Shown here: positions 24,186 to 37,949 of the stretch, in pieces
Position numbering within the stretch: position 1 is the first letter of the stretch
Layout of the letters: every line of letters begins with the position of its first letter
NCBI GenBank assembly: GCA_951406725.2
Contig: OX597817.1
Span: 122,822,001 to 122,886,000, forward strand
Direction of reading: 5' to 3'
DNA length: 64,000 bases
Source: Octopus vulgaris
Taxonomy: Eukaryota
Translations under genes and position numbers: made by a program
Notes under the pieces: model-generated
Databases searched by the model: none
What the model saw: the letters and a program-made list of their open reading frames with translations, nothing else
Told to the model about the DNA's origin: nothing

Positions 24186-25100
24186 CTTAGACAGATATTA
24201 GCTGTACTCCTGGATTAAGTTAAACTGCCAATAATATTCCTAAAAATACTTGGCGAAGGTCATCTTAGTAGCTTTATAGGTATCCTTGAATAAATCAATG
24301 CAGTGGACTCTATAGTATTTATTTATTGATAGCAAGCCACAACAGACATAAATCAGAATGGGGACACTAGCCTTGTGACTCCCTTGGGTAACTGCTCCTT
24401 GTGTCCATGCCTTAATACAGCACAGTACATGGCCATTTATTTACTTTCAACTACATGAACTGAAATAAATCTATTGAAAATTATATTTATTACCTACGCA
24501 AAGATGTCCTGAAATGTATACAAAGCAATTAAATTCTGTAATCACTTCATGAATAAACATACATACTATCTCTATAATCACTCATAATTTCCCAACTTCA
24601 AATCCATCATAGCAAAGCAGAATGTAAAATGCAATAACATGAAATATCAAGTTTGCATGACACTGTTTTGCGTCCACAAATAAAATAAATGAATATCAGA
24701 AAAGCTAAAGGAATTGAATTTACCTTTACAATCATGAGAATAATTGATTCTACCTACCAACGATAAATAATTAGAGAAATAAGTTCTGTAGCATCATTCT
24801 GAAGGTACACAAGATTGATTCATTTCCATGTAATGTAAATTTCTGACAGAGGTTAAAAATCTGATAAAATAAAGCCTTTAATTATTGAATATTATTATGT
24901 TTGAAAGTGGATCTTGTGGGTTATTTTTTTTTTTAGATATAAACTGCATTTTTAAATGTGGAGAATGACATAAAATTGTATGGTTGTTTATGCCACTGGA
25001 ACAAGGAGGTGTTTCTGGGTACACATTTAAGTGTGTATATAAGCATTTGTTTACATTCAATCATCTATATCTATGTGCATACATATAAATATATACATAC

Positions 25101-25133
<33 letters not shown>

Positions 25134-25173
25134 TGTATGTATGTATATATATATATGTGTGTATGTATGTATG

Positions 25174-25221
<48 letters not shown>

Positions 25222-25946
25222 CATATGTATATACATAATACATACATATATACATTCATACATGGCGCACACACACACACACAAACACACTTGCATATAA
25301 TGTTGAAATAAAATGAAATCATAAAAAAGGAAATATTCATTTCAAAGATTATTACTAGAAATAGAAATATTTTGGAAACACATCAAGAAAATATAACAAT
25401 GATATGAAAGAATAAAGAGAAAAGAGAAGAAAATTAATAAAATAAGTAAAATGTAAAGAAATAAAATAAAATTGTAAATAGGTACATACACATAAATGCT
25501 GACAATAAAATGGGGGGAAAGTTTCCTTTCTCACGTATTCCTTCCTAATCGATAGAAAATAGGGATTTACATGTGTATCTAATATATTTGATTCATGCTG
25601 ACATTAAAGGCTTATGGGTGTGTGTGTGAGTGTGTGTGTGAATACATGCAAACACACACATACATACACACATGTATTGATATACATATGTTTACAACAC
25701 ACACACACATACACACACATATATATATATGCTTGTACAGGCATGTGTATATATATAAAGGCACATATATTATATGCACACTAGTATTATATGTCCAGCA
25801 GAGCATGCTTTCACATTTGTATATATGTGTGTATGTATGTGTGTGCTTGTGTGTATATATATATATATATATATACATATGTGTGCATGTGTGTGTATGC
25901 GTGTGTATGTGTCTCTGTATGACAGTTGCAGCATACGAACAATGTC

Positions 25947-26960
25947 AATGATGATGATGATGATGATGATGACGACGACAACTATGATGACGAAGGTGGT
26001 GGTGGTGGTGGTGGTGGGGGTTGTGGTGGTGGTGGTGGTGGTGGTGGTGGTGGTGGTGGTGGTGGTGGTGGTGGTGGTGGTGGTGGTGGTAGTGGCAGCG
26101 TGATGTTTTGACATCAGCCTTGTTACTGTGATGAGGCTGGATGTATTAATATTGATGACGAAGCTTAAAGATACTACCTCGTTATACTCATAAACTTAAT
26201 CATAACCACAATAATTGTTGTTGTCATAGTATTTGTAGTTTAACCCTAGGTCGTAAATGATTGAGCAGACCTATGCGAAATAGACATTTTAGCTGTAAAC
26301 TGAAGTGCCTATAGAACCACTGACTATTTAATCCATTGAATGCTAATATAAAATAGTAAGGAGAGATCATATATTTTATTGCTACACATTGTTGCTCAAG
26401 TGCCCATCTTATGTGAAGTCACACACTTTGGTTTAAACCCTGATGGTTGATAGTGTTAGGATTTGGAAGTCCAGATGGTGTTGATGGTGGTGGTGATGGT
26501 GATGGTGGTGGTGGGGATAGGAGTATGATGTTGATGTTTACAATGACTCTAAGAACACTGCTGTCATTGATAATGATGATAGTAGTGGTGGTAGTGAGGA
26601 TACTGATGAAGACGACTGGGATGTTGGTAACAATGATAATGATGTTAGTGATGACAATGAGGATGGAGTTGATGATGATGGTGAGGATGATGATGATGAT
26701 GATGATGATGAGGAGGAGGAGGAGGAGGAAGAGGACAACGATAAGGATGATGATGGTGCTGATAAAGATGACAATGGCTATAATAACAGTGATGGCAATG
26801 ATGATGATGATGATGATGACAGTGTCATTGACAGAGATAATGAAAAACAATTGTGATGGTGATGAAGACTACGATGATGATGATGACAATGGTGATGATG
26901 ACAATGAAGATAATGATATTGGTGATGGTGATTCAGCTAAGGTGGCAGTAACGATGGTCA
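25947..26960. repeat. (GAT)n/(GGT)n trinucleotide repeats and degenerate GAT-rich low-complexity tract
   Basis: Direct reading of 25947-26100 and 26470-26960. Confidence 0.9.
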
Positions 26961-27163
26961 TATACAAGACCAAATGACAATAGTAAATGTGTAGGTGAAG
27001 TTGATGCCACTCTTGTTTAACTCATGGTCAAATTTTGGTTGAGAAGTCTAATGAGAGTTGTTCAAACTGTGGCTATCGCACTTCCCCTTCCATTCCACAT
27101 CCTCCTCCCACTTTTATGTCTTCTTACTCAACAATTTCATCATTATTAATGGCAGTCATTTCA

Positions 27164-28096
27164 CAGGGCGTCCCAAAAGTCACTGATGGGTTTTAATTTT
27201 TAATAACTCCCTTAACTTCTCAAATAAATGCATGAAATTTTGATACAATATAAAGAGCATAATAGACATTAATATACATAAGTCAAATTTTGTAACACCA
27301 CTACATTACATATGAAAAATGACAATATTTAAATGGCAGTGGTGCCCCAGCATGGCCGTGGCCTTCGGGCTAAAACATTTTTAAGGATTTAAGGATTTAA
27401 GGCAGTCATTTTCGGCTTTGCATGCCTGTGCTCTTTCCAAAACTTGCACCATAACACCCTCAAGAGTTTCAGACCCCACTTCTCTGATTTCTTTATTTAC
27501 ATTCTCCTTCAGTTGCACCGGAGTCTCTGGTTTGTTGATGTAAACCGTCTTTTTCTACATGTATCCCTCATAAGAGAAATCCAGGCTAGTCAAATCTGGA
27601 GAATGTGAAGGCTAGTTGACAATGCCATAGTGGGAGATTATTCTCTCTCCAAAGCACTGCCACAGCAACTGCATTGTTTCTCTTGCAGTCTGAGCAGTTT
27701 CCCCATCTTACTGGAACCATGTGTGAGGTCTAATTTGGTCAGGTGCAGAAAGGTTTCAAACATGGATACCTGAAAGAGAGGCTTCATGCCAACAAACCAG
27801 AGATCCTGGTGCAACTGAAGGAGAACATCAATAGAGAAATGAGAGAATTAGGGTCTGAAACTTTTGAGGGTGTTATGGTGCAAGTTTTGAAAAGAACACA
27901 GGTGTGCAAAACTGAAAATGGCTGCCATAAAAGCGATGTTATTTTCTATATGTGACTTAGTAGTGCTGCAAAGTTTGACTTATGCATATTAATTTCCATT
28001 ATGTTCTTTACATTGTATCAAATTTTCACGCATTTATTTAAGAAATTAAGAAAGTTATTCAAAATTGAAACTCATCAGTACTTTTGGGACAACCTG
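27164..28096. mobile_element. Second DD41D mariner-like derivative made of two inverted transposase 3' ends
   Basis: Same termini as 16487-17137. GYLKERLHANKPEILVQLKENINRE..VIFYM* on + (27760-27955) and its homolog on - (27310-27725). Confidence 0.88.
27341..27400 (+). mobile_element. 60 bp retroposed 3' tail with 6 bp TSD
   Basis: GGCAGT duplicated at 27335-27340 and 27401-27406. Insert GGTGCCCCAGCATGGCC..GCCTTCGGGC..(TTTAAGGA)n is absent from the sister copy at ~16660. Confidence 0.75.
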
Positions 28097-28104
28097 TAGA
28101 CAAA

Positions 28105-28490
28105 GAAAAGGAAGCGGAGGGGGAGGACAGAGGAGGAGAAACAGAAGAGTAGGAGGAGGTAGGGGAGAGGAGGGGGAGGGGTGGGGGAGAACGTGGAGGT
28201 GAGGAGGGGAGAATATGGAGGGGAGGAGATGAAGAAGAAAAAGCAGAAGAAAGAGGTTGAGTGGGGGAGATGCAGAAGGAGGAGGAGGAAACGAAGAAGA
28301 AAAAGAAGAAGAAAAAGAAGAAGAAAGAGGACGAGTGGGCAGGGGTAGAAAAAGAAAAATAATAATAAGAAGAAGAAAGAGGACAAGTGGGCAGGGGTAG
28401 AAGAAGAAGAAGAAAAATAAGGAGAAGGGGAAGAAGAAGAGTTGGAGGAGGCAGAGAAAGGAGAAGGAGAAAAGAAAGAAGACGAATAAT
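28105..28490. repeat. Purine-rich (GAA/GGA) low-complexity tract
   Basis: Direct reading. Confidence 0.9.
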
Positions 28491-28714
28491 GATAAATGAA
28501 GGTGAGATTAGTGATGATCATGATGATGATATACAATTAATAATAATCAAAGAAACAAACCCATACAGAAATAGTAAAAATAATAAAAAAGAATGAAAAT
28601 AGTAATATAAAAAACAGAAAAAATATAGAAAATAAAACTATGTCGACACAAATAGTACATGCTTATTGAGGCTTCTACAAATGGTGCAAAAGAAATCAAA
28701 ACAACAGAGCAGAA

Positions 28715-28763
<49 letters not shown>

Positions 28764-28897
28764 CACATGTAAATATATACATATGTATGTGTGTAAATAT
28801 ATATATATCAATATATATATATTTACACACATACATATGTATATATTTACATGTGTATGTATATATATATATATACACACACATAAATAAGGATTAA

Positions 28898-28946
<49 letters not shown>

Positions 28947-29113
28947 TATATATATATATATATGTATATATATGTGTATGTGTATATCGATATAAACATA
29001 CACATAGATAAGGATAAAATGTATATACATATATGTGTGTATGTGTGTCTGTGTGTGTATACATATATGTATATCTATCTCTTTCTTTCCTCCCTCTCTC
29101 TATGTACACACAC

Positions 29114-29196
<83 letters not shown>

Positions 29197-29328
29197 GACA
29201 GAGAGAGACAGAGAGAGAGGCAGAGAAAGTGAGAGAGAGACAGAGATGGATACAGATATAAATTTATATACATACATACAAACATACATACATATACACA
29301 AACATTAACACACATATGCACACACACA

Positions 29329-29397
<69 letters not shown>

Positions 29398-29669
29398 CAG
29401 CATAGTATTCTTTGAAGATCTCATATTTTCCTGGCAGTATATCAATTGCTCAGAGTATGAACCAATCGATGGAATACTGCTACTGTGTCTATAAAACACA
29501 AATATAATAATACTGATGCAAGTTCTATCTTAGATTAACAATAACAACAGCAACAATAACAGCAATAACAATAATAATAATAAAAAGAAAGAGGAAAGAA
29601 AATGTGGGGCAATGTTACTGTACATGTAAAAAAGGCACACATTCACTCATTTACTTGTATGATCGGTGA

Positions 29670-29739
<70 letters not shown>

Positions 29740-29746
29740 ATATAAA

Positions 29747-29808
<62 letters not shown>

Positions 29809-29837
29809 TGTATACATACAGATACTTATATATACAT

Positions 29838-29872
<35 letters not shown>

Positions 29873-30081
29873 CATACTTACATATATGAGAATGGAATAC
29901 CTGCCATGGCATGTTTTGTGAAGCAGGTGTTTAAATTGTATACCATTGATATCGTATTTATCTGTTTCACACATAGATACACCCACGCATATACATAAAC
30001 ACATACATACATACATATATACACAAAAAGAAGAAAAGAAAGAAGATAATTGATAAAGATATTTATGCACATATATATATA

Positions 30082-30127
<46 letters not shown>

Positions 30128-30804
30128 CATAGCTATATACATATACACATGTCTATATAAATAATATATATATATGTATGTGTATACAGAGTGAGAGAGA
30201 GAGAAAGGTGGGGGAGTAGGAGGTGGGGGAGTGCGAGCTGGGGTGAATGAGGGAGTAAAATGCTGACAGACACATGCATACACATAAAACACACACACAC
30301 ACACACACACACTCACACGCATGCACCTTTATGCATACGCATATATAGAAAGTTATCACTATAGAGCATTGCTAAAAATATGTTCTAAATTCTGAAAAGA
30401 AATTTCTGTAAATGAATTTCAAATCATTGCAGTGGAATAAATAATTGAATATTGAGAGGATGTTTTATATATTCCTTTCTCAGGTTTTTAGCCATAACTT
30501 GGTGTTACCTTGTCAACAGAATTTATATAATAGACTCCCAGATAATTTTTGATGGGGTAAAAATAACATGAAGTTAGACAAGTGTTATAAGTCTATGGAA
30601 TAAAGTTCAAAGTTTCTTTTTAAAGTATGTTTGATGTTTTAATTTTGTTTTTCTTTTGCTTTGATCTTTTTTTTTTTAAATTTCTAAAACCTGTGAAACA
30701 CAATGAAGCAAAATCATGAGTGCTAGTTTCTATATAGTTAATATAGCTGAAACTAAAAGTGCCTTAGGGAGAGGTTTTCTGCATAATATATACATATAAG
30801 AATA

Positions 30805-31980
30805 GATGTGGCTGCAAAGTAAGAAGTTTGCTTCTCAACCATAAGATTTTGGATTCAGGCATACAGCATAATATCTTGGGCAAATGTATTTTTACTATAT
30901 CCAGGGACTAACCAAAGTTTTGTGAGTGGATCTAGTAGATGGAAACTGAAAGAAGCCCATCAAGTGACTCGCTGTTCTTGAGGAGACCTATTGAGTCAAG
31001 TACGTCAACACCAACATCAAAATAAAAATCAAATGGAAATTGTAGTGAAGATACCCTTGCCGGTGACACATAAAAAGCACCGTCCGAACGTAGCTGATGC
31101 CAGCGCCACCTGACTAGCGTCCGTGTTGGTGACATGTAAAAAGCACCAACTAATTGTGGCCGTTTGCCAGTCTCCTCTGGCCCCTGTGCCGGTGGCACGT
31201 AAAAAGCACCCACTACACACACGGAGTGGTTGGCGTTAGGAAGGGCATCCAGCTGTAGAAACACTGCCAGATCAGACTGAAGCCTGGCGCAGCCTCCTGG
31301 CTTCCGAGACCCTGGTCGAACCCTCCAACCCATGTTAGCATGGAAAACGGACGTTAAACGATGATGATAATGATGATGATGTACGGGCACCTGTGTTTTT
31401 GAGTGTGTATGAGGGTGTGTGGCCTAGTGGTTAGGGGCATTCAGCTCATGATCATAAGGTTGTGAGTTCAATTCCCAGCGGCATGCTGTGTCCTTGAGCA
31501 AAAACACTTTATTTCATGTTGCTCCAGTCCACTCATCTGGTAAAAATGAGTAGTATCTGTATTGCAAAAGGGCCAGCCTTGTCACATTCTGTGTCATGCT
31601 GAACTCCTTGTGAACTACATTAAGAGTACACGTGTCTGTGGAATGCTCAGCCACTTGCACGGTAATTTCACGAGCAAGCTGTTCTGGTGATCATATCAGC
31701 TGGAACCCTCATCGGCGTAACTGATGGAGTGCTCCTATTTTGAGTGTGTATGCGTGTGTGTCTTTGATGCTGTATTTGTTACCCACCACCCCTTGACAAC
31801 CAGTGTTAGTGTGTTTATGTCCCTGTAACTTAGTGTTTCGGAAAAGGGATCAACAGAATATGAACCAAGCTTTCAAATATGTAAGTACTGGCAGCTGATT
31901 AGTTCAACTAAATTTTTTTAAGGCAGTGCTCCAGTGTGGCCACAGTCTAATGACTGAAACAAGCAAGGATAAAAGAGAGA
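30805..31980 (+). mobile_element. SINE B host interrupted by an RTE 3'UTR copy (~30965-31380) and a SINE D
   Basis: SINE B 5' half at 30805-30960 and 3' half at ~31753-31980. Confidence 0.85.
31412..31737 (+). mobile_element. SINE family D (tail type 1) with 15 bp TSD
   Basis: TTTTGAGTGTGTATG at 31397-31411 and 31738-31752; ends GGAGTGCTCCTA. Confidence 0.9.
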
Positions 31981-32447
31981 TATATAATAGTGTTATATAA
32001 TTGTAATACAATGTACAACGAGTTGGAAAAACTTTGTTTAGCTGAAATTATCCATGACATGGCAATTAGTAAATAAATACTCCCTCCAGGATTAATTTGA
32101 AATCTAAAAACACTAAGTGCTGGAGATAATTCTTTCTAGCTTTGACACAAGGCCAGTAGTTTTAAGTGGGGTGGAGGGTCAAGTGCATGAATCTCAGTAC
32201 TCAACTGGTATCTATTTTATGAACCCTGGGTGGATGAACAGCAAAATTGACTTCAGTAGAATTTGAAACTGGAATGTAAAATTTCAGGAAGAAATGCTGC
32301 CTAGCAGTTTGTCCAATGCGAGAAGGATTCTGCCGGCTTGCTACCTTTGTATGAAAGATAATGTCCATAAGATCAGCTATTTAAATATTTTGGTAAATAT
32401 AAGTTGTGCCAGATGGTTTTCAAAATTTTTAATCTTTTAACATTTAA

Positions 32448-32664
32448 CCCTTTTGATACCAGCCCAGATGAAACTGTCTCTGGCGCTGTAGTACATATGT
32501 CTTGTTTTCATAAGTTTTGAATTAAAATCTTCCACCAAACCTGAGTCACAATTTACATTCCTAACACCAGCTTAATAATAACTATTTTACTAAATTCTTT
32601 GTTATATTTAGAATTAATTGAAAGAAACACAGAGCATCTAGAAATAAATATGGTAACAAAAGGG
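32448..32664. mobile_element. TTAA-flanked MITE (piggyBac-like) nested in another TTAA-type MITE (~32429-32850)
   Basis: TTAA|CCCTTTTGATACCA...TGGTAACAAAAGGG|TTAA. The host element has relatives at ~53495-53560 and ~61150-61325. Confidence 0.8.
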
Positions 32665-32945
32665 TTAAACTAGCCATATCTGGCCCAAATATTCTGTCTG
32701 ATTTATGTTTAAACTGGCCAGATCTGGCCCCTCACACCTACCAGATAAAGTCATACTAAAAATAAAAAGTCACATCATCGAAATCTTATAGCTATGCAAT
32801 ACTGTATGATTAATTCAAAATAATGTGAATTAATAAGCATTACGTTTGAGTAATATGAATTTTAAAATAGGTGGCAAACTGGCAGAAATGTTAGCATGCC
32901 GGATGAAATGCTTACTGGCATTTCACCTGTCTTTATGTTCTGAGT

Positions 32946-33315
32946 GTGGAGGCGCAATGGCCCAGTGGTTAGGGCAGCGGGCTCGCGGTTTCGATTCCCA
33001 GACCGGGCATTGTGAGTGTTTATTGAGCGAAAACACCTAAAGCTTCACAAGGCTCCTGCAGGGGGTGGTGGTGAACCCTGCTGTACTCTTTCACCACAAC
33101 TTTCTCTCACTCTTTCTTCCTGTTTCTGTTGTACCTGTATTTCAAAGGGCCAGCCTTGTCACACTCTGTGTCATGCTGAACCTCCTCAAGAACTACGTTA
33201 AGGGTACACGTGTCTGTGGAGTGTTCAGCCACTTGCACGTTAATTTCACGAGCAAGCTGTTCCGTTGATCGTATCAGCTGGGACCCTCATCGTCGTAACC
33301 AACGGAGTGCTCCTA
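32946..33315 (+). mobile_element. tRNA(Arg)-like SINE family D (tail type 1) inserted in a SINE A (32870-33470)
   Basis: 13 bp TSD TTATGTTCTGAGT at 32933-32945 and 33316-33328. Head GGAGGCGCAATGGCCCAGTGGTTAGGGCAGCGG. Confidence 0.92.
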
Positions 33316-35689
33316 TTATGTTCTGAGTTCAAATTCTGCCGAGGTCGACTTTACCTTTCATCCTTTCGGGGTCGATAAATTAAGTACCTTATATACAGGG
33401 GTCAATCTAATCGACTGCCCCACCACCCTCTCCAAACATTTTGGTCTTTGTGCCTAGAGTAGAAAAGAATATGAATACTAGAGGGATAATTAATAGCATT
33501 TATTGATACATGTTTTTTAATATGTTTGTGTAAGGAAGAGCATCCAGCTATAGAAACCAAGCCAAATCAGGCTGGAACCTGGGGCAGCTCACCAGCTTAC
33601 TTGCTCTGGTTAAACCATCTAACTCATGCCAGCATGGAAAATGGATGTTAAAAGATTATGATGCATATGTGCATGTATGTATGGGAGTATATGTATATAA
33701 GCATGTGTGTTTATGTATACATGTGTATACACGAAAATATAATTCTGTGTATATATGTGTGTATGAGTGTGTGTGTGTATGGGGGGAATGTATTACTATC
33801 TCTTTGCTTTGACCTTGTGTGATTGTTGTAAGCAAGTGACACTGTCATGCAAGTGGTTCCCTTTGTTTCTAATCCCCTGTGAAAACAGATTTAGTGATGG
33901 AGATATATTACATTACACAGTAACAAGTGAGAGTTGGTGACAGGAAGGGCACCCTTCCATACAACATTTACCTCAACAAATTCTGTCCAACCCATGCAAT
34001 GATGATGACAACGACGACAATGATGATGATTGTGGTGGTGGTCACCGACAACGAACATGAAATTGCTATCCTTCCTTTGGTCATGTACTCTCACTGATTG
34101 CTTAGAACATTGAAGAAAAAAAGTTATAATGCAATTATTTCTTAAAAGCAAATATTAAAAAACACACTTTTTAAACATATTCCTTCTCATAGTTATGAAT
34201 CTCATTCAACATTTTCAGAGTTTTGTATTGGTACTTTATTTTTCCTACATTTAAAAATTTTTTTTTTCCATTTACCATTCTCTTATTGGTTCATGTGTTA
34301 GAAATTATAGTGTATTATGGAAAGGTTTTTTCAAGTCCCGTGCATGTATTAGAAGAATAGCTATTATGAAGTTTTGCAATGTCCACATTACCAAAACGGC
34401 TAATGCTGATATAGTTCTAGTTACTAATATTAATCCTCTCTCATAGCAAGCATAAATTTTATTATTTTCCAAGTGAAATCTTATTTTTATTCCAGTGAAA
34501 TATTATTTGAAGATAACATCTTCATTGATGTCTGATTCCTCAAAATGGTCACACGATATTACTCTGAGTTTCTGTTGAAATAATTTTGCAATATTTTTGC
34601 TTTCATTGTAAGAATCAAATGCCAATTTTATTAATTCCTTATGCATTAAAATTTTAAAGTTCTGCAAAATATTGGTTATATCAAATTCCTTACAGGCAAT
34701 ACTATAAAATATTTCAGCAAATAGCAAGTCATGAAAAGCAAAAAAAAAAAAAAAGTCAAAACTTCATATCATATCTCATAAAAGAGCTGACAAATGAAAA
34801 CATATAGCAATTGGCTGTTCTTAATATGTATTTAATCTACCATGAGAAGACCAATGTAAAATCATGAAGGAACTTTCATTTCTTTTTATAACACACATGG
34901 TTACACATATACATATCACACACACTCACACTCACACACACACATGTGTGCATATATATACATACATGATTCACTTAAATAGTTTGTGAAAAAAATAAAC
35001 AGAAAAAAATCACAGATATGTATCTCTGAAAATTTTGAATGAAATACATCACCGCAAGAAGGAGTATGTTAAAAAAAAAATTGTTTTTAATATTTGCCTT
35101 TAAGAAATATCTGCAGACTGAAATCAGATTAATAACTAAATAGAATCTTGGAAAAATTCTTTAAAATATAATGACTGTTTCCTTCAATGTTCTATGCAAT
35201 CAATGGGAAGAAATTCATAAAAAAAGAAGAAAAAAAACCCAAATAAGCAAGCAAAAAAGAAAAAAGAAACTATTTGAGTGAGGTAAATGCAGTGAAACAT
35301 AAAAGATATACACACAACAACTCAGAGAAAATGATTCCAAATTATTAATGAAAACTCTCATGATACGGATTGCTTGCTTTGAACAGAGCATAATAATCTG
35401 ACAAAGATATTTGTTGCAAAGTTAGGGAGAGATAAATGCATTTTGTCCAATATCTAAATTCCAGATGTAATAATATTATATTATTTGGAAACAAGTGAAG
35501 GTTGGTGATGGGCAGGGCGTCAGTCCATACAAAATTTACCTCAATAAATTCTGTCCAACCTATGAAATGATGATGACGATGATGATGATGAGGATGATTA
35601 TTATTATGATAAGAAGAAGAGGAATGTCAAATTTTGGTACAAGACCAGCAATTTTAAGGGATGGTGCAAGTCAGTGTCACTGGGATGTG

Positions 35690-36273
35690 AATTTAGAACA
35701 TTCGGAATGCTCACAGCAGCCATATTTCTACCGCTCTATGTCACACTGGTGAGACCCATATTGGAGTATGGGATTCAAGCCTCTTCTCCTTATCTCCTCA
35801 AAGACATACAGCATCTCGAAAGAGTTCAGAAGCTGGCTACCCGCATGGTTCTTGGTCTCAAGAATTTGTCTTATGAAGAAAGGCTGAAGATGCTCGACCT
35901 TTATTCTCTAGAAAAACGACGCCATCGTGGTGATCTCATTCTTCAGACAACATCATAAGCGGAAAGTGTAACCTCTCAAAAGAGCTGTTCTTCACTCCTG
36001 CTCCAGAGCGTCGGCTGCGGGGTCATTCCAAAAAGCTCTATCTGTGACGATTTCATCTCAATCGAAGGAGAGGGGCTTTCTCCGTCCAGGTTGCAGATCC
36101 GTGGAATAAGCTGCCGGATGAGATGGTGAAGATGCCAACGAACGCTCGGGTCAAAGTCTCCCTTGACCACAAGTGGCCTGAACTCTTTACATGAACACCA
36201 CCCTGTACATAACTCCATGTCCCCCTACATGGCCTTGCTTTTTGCTTTTTGAGCCAAAAAACTAACTAACTAA
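35690..36273 (+). mobile_element. CR1-clade LINE 3' end
   Basis: LYVTLVRPILEYG..LERVQKLATRMV..LSYEERLKMLDLYSLEKRRHRGDLI..RGHSKKL..PWNKLP, then (CTAA)n tail. Confidence 0.92.
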
Positions 36274-36349
36274 CATATAGATCAAGGAGAAATGCAGCCA
36301 AGCATTTTGTCTGCGGTACCAATGTGTCTGCCAGCTCACCATGCCAAGT

Positions 36350-36620
36350 TATAGACAGATGGCTGCAGGAGATTGGAATAGAAAGCCTAGGAGAGCTCTT
36401 ACAGAAAGTTTGTCTCTTAGGGACAGCAGGGACTATCAAGAGGATTCTAAGGTCTTGAAAGACTGAGGAAAATTGTGTGAATACATAAGGTTACAAGTAG
36501 CAATCTGCTACCCACAAAATCCTTACCAAGAATAAGACCAAACCTGAGCCAAACCAAAATAATAATAATAATAATGATGGTGATAATATTATTAATAATA
36601 ATAATAATGATAATAATGAT
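36350..36620 (+). mobile_element. Dong/R4-like LINE 3' end with (TAA)n tail
   Basis: DRWLQEIGIESLGELLQKVCLLGTAGTIKRILRS*. Confidence 0.75.
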
Positions 36621-37200
36621 AAATGCCCTGATGCAGTACTGATGCAGTGGCTCTCATGGCGTCTGATCTTAACTGATTGGAAGTGTTATCATGTACATTG
36701 TTTTGTCTTGGTATAAAAGATGGGCTACAGCAAATATTCTGCTCAATACCACAGATTTGCTTGTCAGTTGTTTGACCTTCACCAGTTGAGCATTTCTCTT
36801 AATGGCTGATGATATGTGCATCTCTGATCATGAGCAGAAGTAGTGGGGAAGCATCATAGACATGTGTTGAGAGGGATTCTTTGGGGTTCGGATAATTCAT
36901 CTCCAGGAACATGAGTGCTTTGTTCAACATCCTTAAACAACCCTTATTCAGGGACCTTTTGAATGGGATGGGTTACTCGACCAGAAGAAATTTCTAACTG
37001 GGCCCCAACTGCAAGGTCATGTGCTGTTTATCTTGATATGAGATCACCATGTCGCACACATAGGGTTGTGATGCATGTGCCTAGTGTACCCTTATCAGAC
37101 AGGTAGTCATAATGGGTATACTGGGCTTCATATATTTTACCCCCGTGTCACTTTGATGGCATGCACTTCTCTCTCACTCAATAATAATAAAAATAATAAT
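36620..37200 (+). repeat. ~560 bp interspersed repeat bounded by (TAA)n, probably a LINE 3'UTR
   Basis: Part is repeated in reverse orientation at ~2780-2950; (TAA)n on both sides. Confidence 0.65.
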
Positions 37201-37879
37201 TATAATAGTAAGCCCTCTGACAACAGATTGCTGTCTGCTCTCACAGAATCAACCAGACCAAGTAAGACCAAGAGATCTGAGAAGTAAAATATAATAATAT
37301 TAATAGTATCACCTTTTGGCTGAAGACCAGCAGTTTTGAAGAAAGGGAGTTTGTCAGTTGCATCAAGCCCACAACTGATATATTTTTTCATTACCATTGA
37401 AAGAATGAAATGCAAAGTTGATCATAATAGAATACGATCTCAGAAAGTAAAAAGCTGAGCCAAATATTGGAAAGTGCTTTCTGTTCGGTGCTTTAATGAT
37501 TCTAACAACCCACCTCTCTAATTGATAGTAATGATGATAATAGTTTCAAATTTTGGAACAGTACCAGTAGCTTTTGAGGGGAGGGGGAAGTCAATTACAT
37601 CACCTCCAGTAACTGACTGGTACTTATTCCATTTTGAAAGAGTTATTTTTCTTAAAACAATAAATATTGAAAATTAAAATAATTATAATATAATTAAGAT
37701 GAATCAAGATAAAAAAAAAAAATTATATATAGATTAAAATAAACAAATTTAGAAATGAAAAATAATTAAGAGATAATTGAAGTAATTAAAATAATAAAAA
37801 ATAATAATTAGATAATCTAATCAAAAAATTAAAAAGTAATAATAATAATAGTAAAAAGTAATAATAATAATAGTAAAAA

Positions 37880-37932
<53 letters not shown>

Positions 37933-37949
37933 TATAATAATTATAATGA

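Noticed and set aside
24190-24410. Faint minus-strand RT-like motifs (PQG..SP, Y*DDL); similar traces at 56440-57380
   Set aside because: Too decayed to assign by eye; needs a profile search.
26419-26977. Met/Asp/Ile-rich ORFs (also 51459-51889)
   Set aside because: Degenerate (GAT)n repeat open in several frames on both strands.
30484-30556. Possible 73-nt + strand exon (TTCCTTTCTCAG...GGG|GTAAAA)
   Set aside because: Weak donor and AT-rich, non-coding-like composition; expected by chance.
34503-34727. 74 aa protein-like minus-strand ORF
   Set aside because: No recognisable motif, non-ATG start, no clear exon boundaries, and opposite to the better-supported + strand exon candidates. Not excluded without RNA data.
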